From Macrostomum hystrix (lineage: Eukaryota; Animalia; Platyhelminthes), in contig CATNEN010000041.1 of NCBI GenBank assembly GCA_950097015.1, forward strand, positions 3,224,001 through 3,288,000: a DNA stretch of 64,000 nucleotides. Direction: 5' to 3'. The translations under genes and the position numbers were made by a program. This document shows positions 1 through 12,949 of this stretch, in pieces (position 1 is the first letter of the stretch; each line of letters opens with the position of its first letter). Under the pieces are notes generated by a model. It did not search any database. It worked only from the letters and a program-made list of their open reading frames with translations, and was not told where the DNA came from.

Positions 1-1879
1 TCACCAGGTCTGGCTACGGTTGGAGCGAAGTCTGTCAGAGCCCAGATTTACGCAGTGCTCAAAGGCGTTGTAGCTGGTGACGGAGCAGCCGTTGCGCAGC
101 CTCAGCAGCTCCAGACAAGTTAGCCAAGGACATCCGGTGGCGATGCTGGACAGGGCAGCCGGGGTCAGCTTGCTACAGTCGGACAGGCGGAGACGCCGCA
201 GACCCCTGGCAACCGGACTGGCGCAGAGGTCGGCGACCGCGTCATCGGTGAGACTGGAGGCGCTGCAGATTTTGACCTGAAGCTCGTGCAGGTCGGGCGG
301 AGAGCTTACCGTGCTCTGCAGGCTTCGCAGGTTCGCCCAGGCCTGGCGGGTCAGACGGCTACAGTCCTTGAGGCGCAGACTGCGTAGGCGGGGCAGCTGG
401 CTGAGCAAGAAGGGAAGAAGGTCGTCATCGCAGTCATTCAAGACCAGATGGGTCAGCTCTGGGGGATGTTCAAACGCCATGATTGAGTAAAAGGTCAAGT
501 GATATACAGGACATGATATGGCATAGAAATTATGTCGCAGAGAATCGCACTCACCCCGGCAGCCGGCCAGGCCGTTTCGCAGTCCCCGAATGCCGCAGTC
601 TCCCGCACTCCAGAACATCAGCATAAGTCGCTTAAGCCCAGAGGGCAGCGGCGCTTCCAGCTCCTCTTCTGTCGGGTCTTCAGTGCAATGCAGTCGCAGA
701 GATTCCAGGTGTTGTGGCAGGCGGGCAGCAACGATGCGGTACTCAGAACCATCTAGCAGGTGACCATCGTACAGGTCAAGACATTGCAGCATGCGGCAAT
801 TATCTACTAGTGCGCTAATGCCGCTGGGACTCATTTCACAGCACTCGCAGAATAATTTCAGAGTACGGAAGCCGCGGCCTGCTTCAGCCAGTACAGAAGC
901 CAACTCGTCAGTGGCGTCTGCGCAGGACAGACTCAGCTCAGTTAGGCGAGGAAGCCGGCGCAGCAGCTGCCGAAGATCTACGGAAGTGGCGGCAAAGTGC
1001 ACTCAAATACTAATCATAAATTAAATAATGACAGCCGAAAACGATTTCTGAAAACCGACTGCTCTAGAATTAGACTGTGTTCTGAAAACAGACTGCTCTA
1101 GAATGCTCACCGGACTCAGTCAGTTCACTAAAGCCGTCCAAAGTGAGTGTGCTCAGCTCCGGGCAATCTGGCAGCACGGGAATTAGCGACGCCAGCAGAG
1201 AGCCGTCTCGCAGGCTCAGCGATGTCAAACGGCTGACCAGAGAAGCCAGCTGGGAGATGGCCAGAGGGTCAGGAGGAAAGGCTTCCTCTTCGTCAAAAGA
1301 AAGCTTCAGGTGCGAGAGTTTTGGGCAGCCGGCCTGCAGCTGCGCAAGCGAGTCGGCAACTAGCACACTTCTATCGCAGTTTTTCAGCTGCAGTGTCTGC
1401 AGCTGGTGGCACCAGCGGCCCAGAATCCACAGCAGATTTTCTGCATTTGATGAGCCGATATCCCAGCAGATGGTCAGGCTCTGGAGGCTGGGAGACTCGG
1501 CTAGCAGCGGAGCAATGAACTGCCAGTCACTGGCAACCGAGAAGCGAAGCTCACGCAGTGCTCCGGATAGCCAGCTGGTCAGGTGGCGCTGTAGTTTCGC
1601 GGTGATGACAGAATCTCTTCCCCCGATGCGGAGCCGGTTCCACAGAATTGGCTGCAAAGCCACCCTATGCCAGCGCCGGCTCAGCTGAGCGCAGCGGCCC
1701 CGACTGCTCTGGCTCAGCATTGACAGGATGCGCGTGACCAGCTCCATGGGCAGCTGCTCGATTTGACACTGACTGTCGGCCTTCAGCGATTCAGTTAAAA
1801 TCTCTGGTTGCATTATTGAGCAGCTCAGCACAGCAGGCTGAACTCTTACATCTTCTAGATTGATCTCAATTGCGCCCAT
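1..1879 (-). CDS. F-box/leucine-rich-repeat (FBXL-type) protein; may continue beyond the left edge
   Basis: F-box motif LPMELVTRILSMLSQSSRGRCAQLSRRWHRVA followed by cysteine-containing LRRs (LRSLRLKDCSRLT, LRRLRLSDCSKLT). Exon 1879-1111 has a GTGAG donor (phase 1) joined to an AG acceptor at 1003-1002. Exon 1001-555 is followed by a probable 96-nt intron (554-459) and exon 458-1. The terminal TGA at 3-1 overlaps a possible GTGA donor. Confidence 0.85.
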
Positions 1880-4800
1880 ATCCCCTCATCTCCGATGTGC
1901 TTAGTAGAGATAGAACGAATATTTGTTATTCGGAAAGTTGCATTTTAAAGGATTCTAATGTAGGGTAATTAGTAAGTGCACTTCCAATTTAAGGTTCTGA
2001 TTTCGTTATCGCTGCAGACTACTAGGAGCAGTTCTTTTCATAAAAATATTTGTTGGCCCATGAAGGTGGTCTTTTAGATGCACCTTTTCCTCAAGCAGAG
2101 CACATGACATGCCAAGGTGGAGATACAAGGGTGATGTGCTAATAGGCTAAGAAATCTAGATATGCCACCATCCAAAAGGGAATAAAAATCTGTAATGTTG
2201 TTCTATGAATACAGACAGGAATATTCTGTATTTGAATTTTGCATTTGGTAGCGATTTGGAAAAAGAATGTCAGGACAAAAAACTTTCTTTGGATTTGGAA
2301 AAATTTGGGATTCATTCCATCTATATTTCCAATCCTAAGCCTATCTGTCACATATTTCCTATACCAATCTCAGCAACTCTTGTCTTTGTAAGGACAAATC
2401 TAAGTTACTCTTGTACTTAAACATTAAGCAAACCTGCTAGCAACCACAAACATAATATAGGCCCCCCTATTATAAAGAATAACTATTTAAACACAAGAGT
2501 ACGAAACTCACATTAAAAATTGAGGTTGCAGTATGGTCTGCATTCTCTGTTTGTATCTGCTGGATTGCCAAGCGCCGTGACTTCCGCCTTGGGCCTTCCT
2601 CTTGATTGGCTTCAACTTCAGCCATTGTTGAAGTAGGATGTGAGCTGTAAATTTATAAATAGCTATTTATTTGTGCAAGTAGTAAATAAGACCAAAAAGT
2701 TAATGTTGACAAAGTATCCCACAGTAGACTATAACGTTACTTAAGATGTAAGAATGCTAGTAAATTAAAGCCAGAAGGAATTGATTTGAAAGTAGATCCG
2801 CAATGTAATTTGGATTGCTAATTGACTCCTGTGTAAATTAGCTTTATCTATAATAAAAACTTTTAGCTAAAATATCGTCAATGCTAAAAATGGTAAGTTC
2901 TTATTTAATCATTAACACTTAAAAGTATACTTTATGTACTTATCTGCAGGGCAGTCCGTAGGACAGCTGGGAGGTGGGAGTCACCTATTCCGCTAGATAC
3001 TTAATGTACTTGGAAAGTTGTTTTTATCAAGAACTATAACAAAGGTGTACTGGGTAATAATATCCCAAGAAATGATTCAAACCTAGTAGAAGTTAAATCT
3101 CAAAATGGTGAGATTTGTTTTAGGTCAAGTAATTTTTTAGAATCTAGATATATAGGGCCTAGTTTTATGAAAAACTTATCTTCCACAAAACTAAATTTTT
3201 ACTCAAATTTAAATTTTTAACCTTAAAAATGACCAGGAGTAAACATTTAGAGAGAATGCTACAGTGTCAATTAATTCTGCATTGCCTTTGGGACCCTGAA
3301 ATATATAGCTAAATATGACAATAAATCCTTGCTTTAACACAACTGTGATGTGATGCTAAGTTCTAAGTTAAACCTGTATCATAGAAAAGTTTATCTAGGT
3401 CAGTAAAAACTTGCAATTAATGTAAACTTCTGATTAAGAAGCAAAGTTTTCTATTTAAAATATATTTTCTGTAGCAACTTTTCATAGCCTGAAACAATAT
3501 TCATAAATCAGTAATCATGCACGAACGACCATGAATTCAATGAGTCACGCGCAGGCTAGTTAAATATTCTAGAGCAGCAGCCAAGCGATGAAGCCTAAAT
3601 GTTAGAGAGTAAAGCGCTAGCTAAGAGCAGTTTTCAGCACTTATTTATTGGCTCACATCTAATAAATAGAGAGTTTACCTAATCTTGCTGTTGTTTAACT
3701 TCCATGAACTTAATTTGAACTCGTGAACGGTAAAATTCGATTTTATAAATTGAGTTTCATATTTTCCAGGAATAATGACTTCCAGGAATTCTCCTTGTTA
3801 ACATTGGACCATTGGCCATATTGCTGTACAACTTTATGCAGTGTCCGAGGGTAGCTGCCAAGAAGATTTGTATTCAACGTTTTACTTCTTGTATGACTTA
3901 AAGAAAGAATAAGTTATCTGGGTTATTAGTAACTACTTGAAAAATTGCAGTTAAAATATAAAAGGGCTAAATGTCTTTAGCATGCTCATCGAGGTCTATA
4001 TTTTATGTCGACTTAGTAAGTATTTTTTCATTTTAAGTCTTTTAAAGTATGTTGGTAAGTTCAGTGTGTGAGATTTTTCGCGCATTGCTTTAATAGTTAG
4101 TTTGTCACAGTTCACTTTCAAATTTATATATTTTTCAATGAAGATTGTGATGAAACAAAAAAGCAAAGTAAAATGCAAGAAACAGAGGTTTTTGGTCCGA
4201 AACTTTCCCTAATGAAAAAATAAATTTTCAGTGTGAATAACTATGCTTGAAAGTTACAATTTATTGATATCCATCATCTTCACACTTGTATTAAAATGTG
4301 CCCAGCTTTTTAAAGTAAGCACTACTACAAAAATTATATTGTAAAAGTGGATTTTTTTCTATTATCTAACAACGAAATACATTAGTTTCTACTGCTGATA
4401 CTTCTTTTGCTTTTATTCTAACAGTAAAATTAATCTTTAGAGTACTTTCTGGAAGAGTGTAGAGGAAGTGGGGACAACTCTGTGAACAAGGTTTATCATT
4501 TTGCATTTTAGCATTTTGATTCAAGATTAGAAGGTGCATCAAGAGCTATTTCGAATTGGAGTTAGGTCGATAGCTAGAATATAGAATAAGATTTCTGATA
4601 CATCCCTCACTACATTTTTTGAATGCATTATTCATAATCTCACTATACAAAATCTCAAAGGTGTGACCAGTATTGCAGTCTACAGCCTGAATGCCTGAAC
4701 CGATTTTTTCAAACTTGCTTCATTTGATTGGATATTCTTGTGAGATTGTGTGGATCTCTTTGTTTTAAAAAGTTCTGATTTGAAGATGGCTAAATACTTA

Positions 4801-4949
4801 AAACACATGCTTTTTGCTGCCATTATGAAAGGTCAAACTTTTTCATCGCTAGAAGAGGGCCCTATACTGTCCATTTTAATTGATTGCATCAGTTATTTTG
4901 TCACCCGCATGTGTGTTAGTAGAGGGCAGGGGGCATCGCTGTTGCTCTG

Positions 4950-5517
4950 GAGCAGTAGTTCTCTGCTGCTGGGGGAGGCATTAGTTCTCTGCTGCTGGGG
5001 GAGGCATTAGTTCTCTGCTGCTGGGGGGGCAGTAGTTCTCTGCTGCTGGGGGGCAGTAGTTCTCTTTTTCTGGGGGGTCATTAGTTCTCTGCTGCTGGGG
5101 GGGCAGTAGTTCTCTGCTGCTGGGGGGCAGTAGTTCTCTTTTTCTGGGGGGTCATTAGTTCTCTTTTTCTGGGGGGGCATTAGTTCTCTGTTGCTGGGGT
5201 GTCATTAGTTCTCTGCTGCTGAGGGTCAGTAGTTCTCTGCTGCTGAGGGGCAGTAGTTCTCTGCTGCTGAGGGGCAGTAGTTCTCTGCTGCTGAGGGGCA
5301 GTAGTTCTCTGCTGCTGAGGGGCAGTAGTTCTCTGCTGCTGAGGGGCAGTAGTTCTCTGCTGCTGAGGGGCAGTAGTTCTCTGCTGCTGAGGGGCAGTAG
5401 TTCTCTGCTGCTGAGGGGCAGTAGTTCTCTGCTGCTGAGGGGCAGTAGTTCTCTGCTGCTGAGGGGCAGTAGTTCTCTGCTGCTGAGGGTCAGTAGTTCT
5501 CTGCTGCTGAGGGGCAT
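4950..5517. repeat. 24-bp minisatellite (agtagttctctgctgctgaggggc), ~23 copies
   Basis: Direct reading; explains ORFs 5155-5517 and 5180-5524. Confidence 0.95.
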
Positions 5518-5692
5518 TTTCCATCTGCCAAGGGTGTTTGTCTATCTGTTATTAGGGGAAGAGGTTATGTTTGTGCCACCCGGAGAAGGGTTAAATGGCT
5601 AGTAGTTAAACTATTTTTAAGAAATTTTGAATTTGAGGAATGAGCTTGGAGTTTAGAGCACCTCTAGCATAGCAATGCTATTTAATTCCACA

Positions 5693-8600
5693 ATGCAGGA
5701 CGACGCACCAGCTGCTCAAATAGTCGAAGAAGGCTATGCTGTCCACTGCATCAAGCCAAAGAAGCTGCCTGTCTCTGCAACTGGCTCATTGGTAATCCTT
5801 CAGTCAATCAGTTAGTCAATCTGATGCTCCAAAAAGAACAGCCATTTCATTTGCCATTTTTCGAATTCCAAAACTTTCAGCACCGCCAGCTCCACCAGCC
5901 AGTGGAGGGCAGATCCTGCATCCTCATGGCCGGCTCTCTCGACGCCATTGTGGAAGCCCTGGCTCCCCCGGATGACATCGAGTACAAGGTGGACAGCCTG
6001 CACATGAACATCTTGCTAACCACATATCCCGCCTTTGTGAGCACCGAAGAGCTGCTGCAGATTATCTTTGACAAGTGAGTGGCTGAGCGGGAATCTTCAG
6101 AGTCTGCTTACTTAATGCATTCTATATGCTTCGATCGATGTACTGATGTCATCAGTATTACTATGAGTAATATTGTGAAACAAAATGCTTTTCCAATCAA
6201 AGGCTCCGCCACGGCAGCAGCCATGTCAACTCGGAGCGGCTGCAAGCGGCCCTCCTAGTGACGCTGAACGCCTGGCTGGGTGAGCCATTCCAGGAGCTGC
6301 TGCGCAGGCCGCCGGACTTCAGCGAATTGCACCAGTTCGCAGCTGGCTGTGAGGCGGCTGCAGCTGACGTCTCCGGCGAGGCGGCCGACCGACTTGATTT
6401 GTTGGCGAGGCTCGCGCGCCGACGACTCGAAACTTTTGGCGCTGCGGCAGCGGAGGCGGAGGCTGCTGGCAGTGACGGGCACGGTGGAAGAAGACACTGG
6501 AGGAGGGTGGAGTGGGGCGAGCTGGATAACCTTCAGGTGAGGGTATTGGCAGCTGGATTGTGAAAGACCTGCTTCAGTTGTCCAATACTTTTCCTACTCG
6601 TACTTGCTGACAAAACACACGATGGTTAACTGAGTGCTCGCATTAAATGCTGACAAAACACAGGATGGTTAACTGAGTGCTCGCATTAAATGCTGACAGA
6701 ACACACGATGGTTAACTGAGTGCTCGCATTAAATGCTGACAAAACACAGGATGGTTAACTGAGTGCTCGCATTAAATGCTGACAAAACACACGATGGTTA
6801 ACTGAGTGCTCGCATTAAATGCTGACAAAACACACGATGGTTAACTGAGTGCTCGCATTAAATGCAGCCATAATAGTAATTTCCAAATTTTCAAATCCTC
6901 TCCGAACCGGCAGGTGGCGGAGCAGCTGACTCGCATGGATGCTCGCCTGTTCGAGTCGGTGCAGCTGCACGAGTGCCTGGGCTCGCGATGGGGCCGTCAC
7001 CGGCGCACTGGCTGCTCGCCCACCGTGGACGCCACGGTGCGCCAGTTTAATCGGGTCTGCGGTCTGGTGGCCACCCTCACACTGCAGCCCGGCCAGTCGC
7101 CTGAGGAGCGAGCACGGACGCTGTGTAGGTGGATCCACATCGCTCAGTACCTGCGGGAGCGGCGAAGCTTCTCTTCTCTGTGCGCCATCGTTTGCACTCT
7201 TAACCTGCAGTGCCTTCAGCGCCTCACCCGCCTGTGGCGCCGGGTGCCGTCCTCCAGCCGCGACCTGCTGGCCGAGCTGTCGCGTTTCGCCGACGCTGGC
7301 GAAAACTTTCAGGCGCCAAGGCGCGCCATGCACTGGGAGGGCACCGGTAAGGCGCTCAGCCGGCAGCTCTCCGTGCCCGGTGGCGGTGGCGGCAGCTTGA
7401 GTGGAGTCGGACACGCCAGGGCCTTGTCAAATGTGAGTCTTGAAGTGACTGGTGAGCTGTGATTGGAGTGACTGGTGAGCTGTGATTGGAGTGACTGGTG
7501 AGCTGTGATTGTTGTGACTGGTGAGCTGTGATTGGAGTGACTGGTGAGCTGTGATTTGAGTGACTCGCCATGACGTCCATATACGCTTTTCAGCTATCTC
7601 TGAGCGAGTCCTCGGGCACTGTACCCTACCTTGGCACCTTCCTAACCGACTTGGAAGGCCTGCACTCCGCCTTCCCCGATCTCGTTCACGACGGCCTCAT
7701 TAACTTTGACAAGCGGCGTCGCGAGTACGATATACTCGCCCGCCTGCGCCTGTACCAGGTCACCTGCCGGCAGTACCAGTACTGCGAGGACGCCAGGTTT
7801 GAGCACTGGCTCAACACCATAGATCTACTCAGTGATGAGCAGCTGCAACAACTCAGCCTGGAAATTCAGCCGGAGCGAAGGTTCGCATCTTTCGGATTCG
7901 TGTATTGATTTGCTTTGCTTTGCTCACAGGTGCTGTGTGATAACCGTGTTGCTATTTGCTTTGCTCAGAGGTGCTGTGTGAAAACCGTGTTGCTATTTGC
8001 TTTGCTCAGAAGTGCTGTGTGATAACCGTGTTGCTATTTGCTTTGCTCAGAAGTGCTGTGTGATAACCGTGTTGCTATTTGCTTTGCTCACAGGTGCTGT
8101 GTGAAAACCGTGTTGCTATTTGCTTTGCTCACAGGTGCTGTGTGAAAACCGTGTTGCTATTTGCTTTGCTCACAGGTGCTGTGTGAAAACCGTGTTGCTA
8201 TTTGCTTTGCTCACAGGTGCTGTGTGAAAACCGTGTTGCTATTTGCTTTGCTCAGAGGTGCTGTGTGAAAACCGTGTTGCTATTTGCTTTGCTCACAGGT
8301 GCTGTGTGAAAACCGTGTTGCTATTTGCTTTGCTCACAGGTGCTGTGTGAAAACCGTGTTGCTATTTGCTTTGCTCACAGGTGCTGTGTGATAACCGTGT
8401 TGCTATTTGCTTTGCTCACAGGTGCTGTGTGAAAACCATGTTGCTATTTGCTTTGCTCACAGGTGCTGTGTGAAAACCGTGTTGCTATTTGCTTTGCTCA
8501 GAGGTGCTGTGTGATAACCATGTTGCTATTTGCTTTGCTCACAGGTGCTGTGTGATAACCGTGTTGCTATTTGCTTTGCTCACAGGTGCTGTGTGAAAAC

Positions 8601-11600
8601 CATGTTGCTATTTGCTTTGCTCACAGGTGCTGTGTGAAAACCGTGTTGCTATTTGCTTTGCTCAGAGGTGCTGTGTGATAACCGTGCTACTATTTGCTTT
8701 GCTCACAGGTTGCCATTTAAAGCTTGTCAGTAGCTGTATAAAACTTGTCAGTAGCTGTATAAAACTTGTCAGTTGCTGTATAAAACTTGTCAGTTGCTGT
8801 ATACAACTTGTCAGTAGCTGTATAAAACTTGTCAGTTGCTGTTTAAAGCTGTGAGTTCTCATGCATTGCAGGAATGAGAGCTACACTGAGATTTCCAGTC
8901 TAGCGGTAAGGCGAGGCCCCATTGACGATTATGGATAATACTGTGATTTTCGGCAATTACAATAATTTACCTGTCGATTTTTACTCGGATATTTGCTTGC
9001 CTTTACGTTGCGTTCAAAGTGAAGATTTTTTTCAAGGCAATGAGAATCTGATCCATAACCATCAACTAAGCTTTAAATATTTTCAGACAGCGATTTTTAT
9101 CGCATGTTGGCTAACACCTGTTTTGTGTGATTGAGATCGAAACGTCAGAATTTCAATAAATAAATAAATAAAAACTTTATAAAGTATTAAGCTGCAAACT
9201 GCAACTGATGATTTTCTCTGCTGATTGCAGCCTCTGATTCAATGCTGAGATTTCCACTCGAATTCAATTGCAGACGCTAATGCACAAATTTATTCACAGA
9301 GTGACGCTTCATTTGAGATCGTGGCGGAACCCAAAGAGCAGCAGCAGCAGCAGCAGCAGGAGGAAGATGTCTGCATTGTGCGGTTCCGCCTGGACCTGCC
9401 GGCGGACCATCCTGCAGAAAAGAATGGCAAATCCAGAGTGTGCAAGAGTGTGCTGGTGAGCTTGAATGGGCTGGTCCTGCAGTTTTTGGTAGCTGCTGGT
9501 GGCCAAGAGTGTGCTGGTGAGCTTGAATGGGCTGGTCCTGCAGTTTTTGGTAGCTGCTGGTGGCCAAGAGTGTGCTGGTGAGCTTGAATGGGCTGGTCCT
9601 GCAGTTTTTGGTAGCTGCTGGTGGCCAAGAGTGTGATGGTGAGCTTGAATGGGCTGGTCCTGCAGTTTTTGGTAGCTGCTGGTGGCCAAGAGTGTGATGG
9701 TGAGCTTGAATGGGCTGGTCCTGCAGTTTTTGGTAGCTGCTGGTGGCCAAGAGTGTGATGGTGAGCTTGAATGGGCTGGTCCTGCAGTTTTTGGTAGCTG
9801 CTGGTGGCCAAGAGTGTGATGGTGAGCTTGAATGGGCTGGTCCTGCAGTTTTTGGTAGCTGCTGGTGGCCAAGAGTGTGATGGTGAGCTTGAATGGGCTG
9901 GTCCTGCAGTTTTTGGTAGCTGCTGGTGGCCAAGAGTGTGATGGTGAGCTTGAATGGGCTGGTCCTGCAGTTTTTGGTAGCTGCTGGTGGCCAAGAGTGT
10001 GATGGTGAGCTTGAATGGGCTGGTCCTGCAGTTTTTGGTAGCTGCTGGTGGCCAAGAGTGTGATGGTGAGCTTGAATGGGCTGGTCCTGCAGTTTTTGGT
10101 AGCTGCTGGTGGCCAAGAGTGTGATGGTGAGCTTGAATGGGCTGGTCCTGCAGTTTTTGGTAGCTGCTGGTGGCCAAGAGTGTGATGGTGAGCTTGAATG
10201 GGCTGGTCCTGCAGTTTTTGGTAGCTGCTGGTGGCCAAGAGTGTGATGGTGAGCTTGAATGGGCTGGTCCTGCAGTTTTTGGTAGCTGCTGGTGGCCAAG
10301 AGTGTGATGGTGAGCTTGAATGGGCTGGTCCTGCAGTTTTTGGTACCTGCTGGTGGCCAAGAGTGTGCTGGTGAGCTTGAATGGGCTGGTCCTGCAGTTT
10401 TTAGTAGCTGCTGGTGGCCAAGAGTGTGATGGTGAGCTTGAATGGGCTGGTCCTGCAGTTTTTGGTAGCTGCTGGTGGCCAAGAGTGTGATGGTGAGCTT
10501 GAATGGGCTGGTCCTGCAGTTTTTGGTAGCTGCTGGTGGCCAAGAGTGTGATGGTGAGCTTGAATGGGCTGGTCCTGCAGTTTTTGGTAGCTGCTGGTGG
10601 CCAAGAGTGTGATGGTGAGCTTGAATGGGCTGGTCCTGCAGTTTTTGGTAGCTGCTGGTGGCCAAGAGTGTGATGGTGAGCTTGAATGGGCTGGTCCTGC
10701 AGTTTTTGGTACCTGCTGGTGGCCAAGAGTGTGCTGGTGAGCCTGACAGGTGCTGGTGAGCTGACAGGTGCTGGTGTGCCTGACGGGTGCTGGAGCTGAC
10801 AGGTGCTGGTGAGCTGACAGGTGCTGGTGTGCCTGACAGGTGCTGGTGTGCCTGACAGGTGCTGGTGTGCCTGACCGGTGCTGGTGTGCCTGACGGGTGG
10901 CTACTAGAATTATTTAGGCTATTACTGCATTCCCTAACCATCTGCATCGGGCCCCATACCAGGTGCGCCCGGAGGACAAGACTGCCGCAGTGATCCGCGC
11001 GGCCCTGGACAAGCATGGCCTGCCCGATTCCGACGAGCTGTTCATCATCGTGCAGATTCTGCCCGGTGGCACCGGTGAGGACGGTGCACTTTCAGCCAGC
11101 CTTTGCTAGGTGTCAGTGTCGCTATGTGTCAGTGTCGCTAGGTGTCATTGTCCCTATGTGTTAGTGTTGCTAGGTGTCAGTGTCGCTAGGTGTTAGTGTC
11201 GCTAGGTGTCAGTTTTGCTAGGTGTCAGTGTCGCTAGGTGTCAGTGTTGCTATGTGTCAGCGTTGCTAGGTGTTAGCGTTGCTAGTTCTCAGTGTTGCTA
11301 GGTGTCAGTGTTGCTAGTTCTCAGTGTTGCTAGGTGTCAGTTGGTGTCAGTGTTGCTCGGTGTCAGCGTTGCTACGTGTCAGTAGGTGTCAGTGTTGCTA
11401 GGTGTCAGTGTTGCTAGGTGTCAGCGTTGCTAGGTGTCAGTGTCGCTAGGTGTCAGTTTTGCTAGGTGTCAGCGTTGCTAGGTGTTAGCGTTGCTAGTTC
11501 TCAGCGTTGCTAGGTGTCAGTGTCGCTAGGTGTCAGTTTTGCTAGTTCTCAGTGTTGCTAGGTGTTAGCGTTGCTAGTTCTCAGTGTTGCTAGGTGTCAG

Positions 11601-12343
11601 TGTTGCTAGGTGTTAGCGTTGCTAGTTCTCAGTGTTGCTAGGTGTTAGCGTTGCTAGTTCTCAGTGTTGCTAGGTGTCAGCGTTGCTAGGTGTTAGCGTT
11701 GCTAGTTCTCAGTGTTGCTAGGTGTCAGCGTTGCTAGTTCTCAGCGTTGCTAGGTGTCAGTGTCGCTAGGTGTCAGTTTTGCTAGGTGTCAGCGTTGCTA
11801 GGTGTTAGCGTTGCTAGTTCTCAGTGTTGCTAGGTGTTAGCGTTGCTAGTTCTCAGTGTTGCTAGGTGTCAGTGTTGCTAGGTGTTAGCGTTGCTAGTTC
11901 TCAGTGTTGCTAGGTGTCAGCGTTGCTAGGTGTTAGCGTTGCTAGTTCTCAGTGTTGCTAGGTGTCAGCGTTGCTAGTTCTCAGTGTTGCTAGGTGTCAG
12001 TAGGTGTCAGTGTTGCTCGGTGTCAGCGTTGCTAGGTGTCAGCGTTGCTAGGTGTCAGTGTCGCTAGGTTTCAGTGTTGCTAGGCGTCAGTGTTGAGTCA
12101 CCTCTCGCCTTCTCCCGCCCAGAGTCGGTGGTGCCGGACCGGTCCAATGTGTTTTACGCGCTGGATACTCGGGACGCGGCGCCGGTGTTCGCAGGTCCTG
12201 GCTCGTCTGCCGCCGAGTCGAGCTCTGGACCTCGGCGCGTTCTGTGCGCGCTGCGGCACCGCCAGGTGCAGAGCGACCGCATGATCAGCGGCAGCCGGGC
12301 CGGGGTGCTGAGGCGCCTCCTGTCACATTGGCTCATGCGCTGA
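5693..12343 (+). CDS. RALGDS: RalGDS/RGL-family Ras guanine-nucleotide exchange factor (REM + CDC25 + RA domains)
   Basis: Phase-consistent GT-AG exons: 5693-5791, 5881-6074, 6203-6536, 6914-7432, 7594-7880, 8872-8905, 9300-9455, 10963-11074, 12123-12343. Motifs: REM (AGSLDAIVEAL...LLTTYPAF), CDC25 (VAEQLTRMDARLF; GTVPYLGTFLTDL; LINFDKRRREY) and C-terminal RA domain (VCIVRFRLD...KSVLV...DKTAAVIRAALDKHGL...NVFYAL). The symbol is family-level. The start is uncertain because ATG 5693 overlaps an acceptor-like CAG. Confidence 0.9.
6605..6865. repeat. 43-bp intronic minisatellite, ~6 copies
   Basis: Unit tgctgacaaaacacacgatggttaactgagtgctcgcattaaa in RalGDS intron 6537-6913. Confidence 0.95.
7445..7567. 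repeat. 23-bp intronic minisatellite, ~5 copies
   Basis: Unit gtgactggtgagctgtgattgga, starting just after the donor at 7433. Confidence 0.9.
7912..8710. repeat. 41-bp intronic minisatellite, ~19 copies
   Basis: Unit tgctatttgctttgctcacaggtgctgtgtgaaaaccgtgt. Confidence 0.95.
8712..8850. repeat. 21-bp intronic minisatellite, ~6 copies
   Basis: Unit gtataaaacttgtcagttgct. Confidence 0.9.
9443..10741. repeat. 61-bp minisatellite spanning an exon end and 5' splice site, ~21 copies
   Basis: Unit caagagtgtgatg|gtgagcttgaatgggctggtcctgcagtttttggtagctgctggtggc; the first copy overlaps the end of RalGDS exon 9300-9455. Confidence 0.95.
10742..10900. repeat. ~19-bp degenerate minisatellite
   Basis: Unit approximately gtgcctgacaggtgctggt. 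Confidence 0.85.
11105..12092. repeat. 16-bp degenerate intronic minisatellite
   Basis: Variants gtgttgctaggtgtca / gcgttgctagttctca / gtgttgctaggtgtta. Confidence 0.9.
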
Positions 12344-12949
12344 GCTGATCCGAGCCAGTTTTTGAAATCATTTTTTTCAACTGCATCCGCTCGATAAAGT
12401 TGACGGAGTAACTAGCTCTGTAAATGCCTCGTCATCTTATTGCCATTGACGCGCTTTGCACCTTCAGTATTCTCCTGGCACCTGAGTCCTTCAACTCCTT
12501 GCACCGGCAAGTTCAGATTTGATGGAAATTATTTGCTGTGAATTCCCGCGCGTCTCACAGATCCCAGATTTGAGTTCCGCCTCATTGTTACTGAGGCCAT
12601 CCGCCGCGCAATCAACTTCACTTCACTCCACATGATTCTTCCTAGATTACCAGAACTTTCTCTTTCGTTCTACTGAAAGTAGCTGATTTGAATGCTTGTC
12701 CGAGATTTGTGTCGCACATTTTCTAATATATTTTCGATTTGGTTTTGCTCTGCAGATTGCACTGCCGCTCAATGAGTGCATAGATTCTCCAACTCTCTGT
12801 GAATTTCCTGATCACTTATTTGGCCTTCCATCCGAGAGCAGTTGAGCAACCCTGCTCAGCCATCTCAGGATTTCATATCAGAACTCACGCATAAAAAGAA
12901 ATTGAGCACTCGCATTCGCAGTATTGTAGGTAAGTTCACAGCAATGGAG

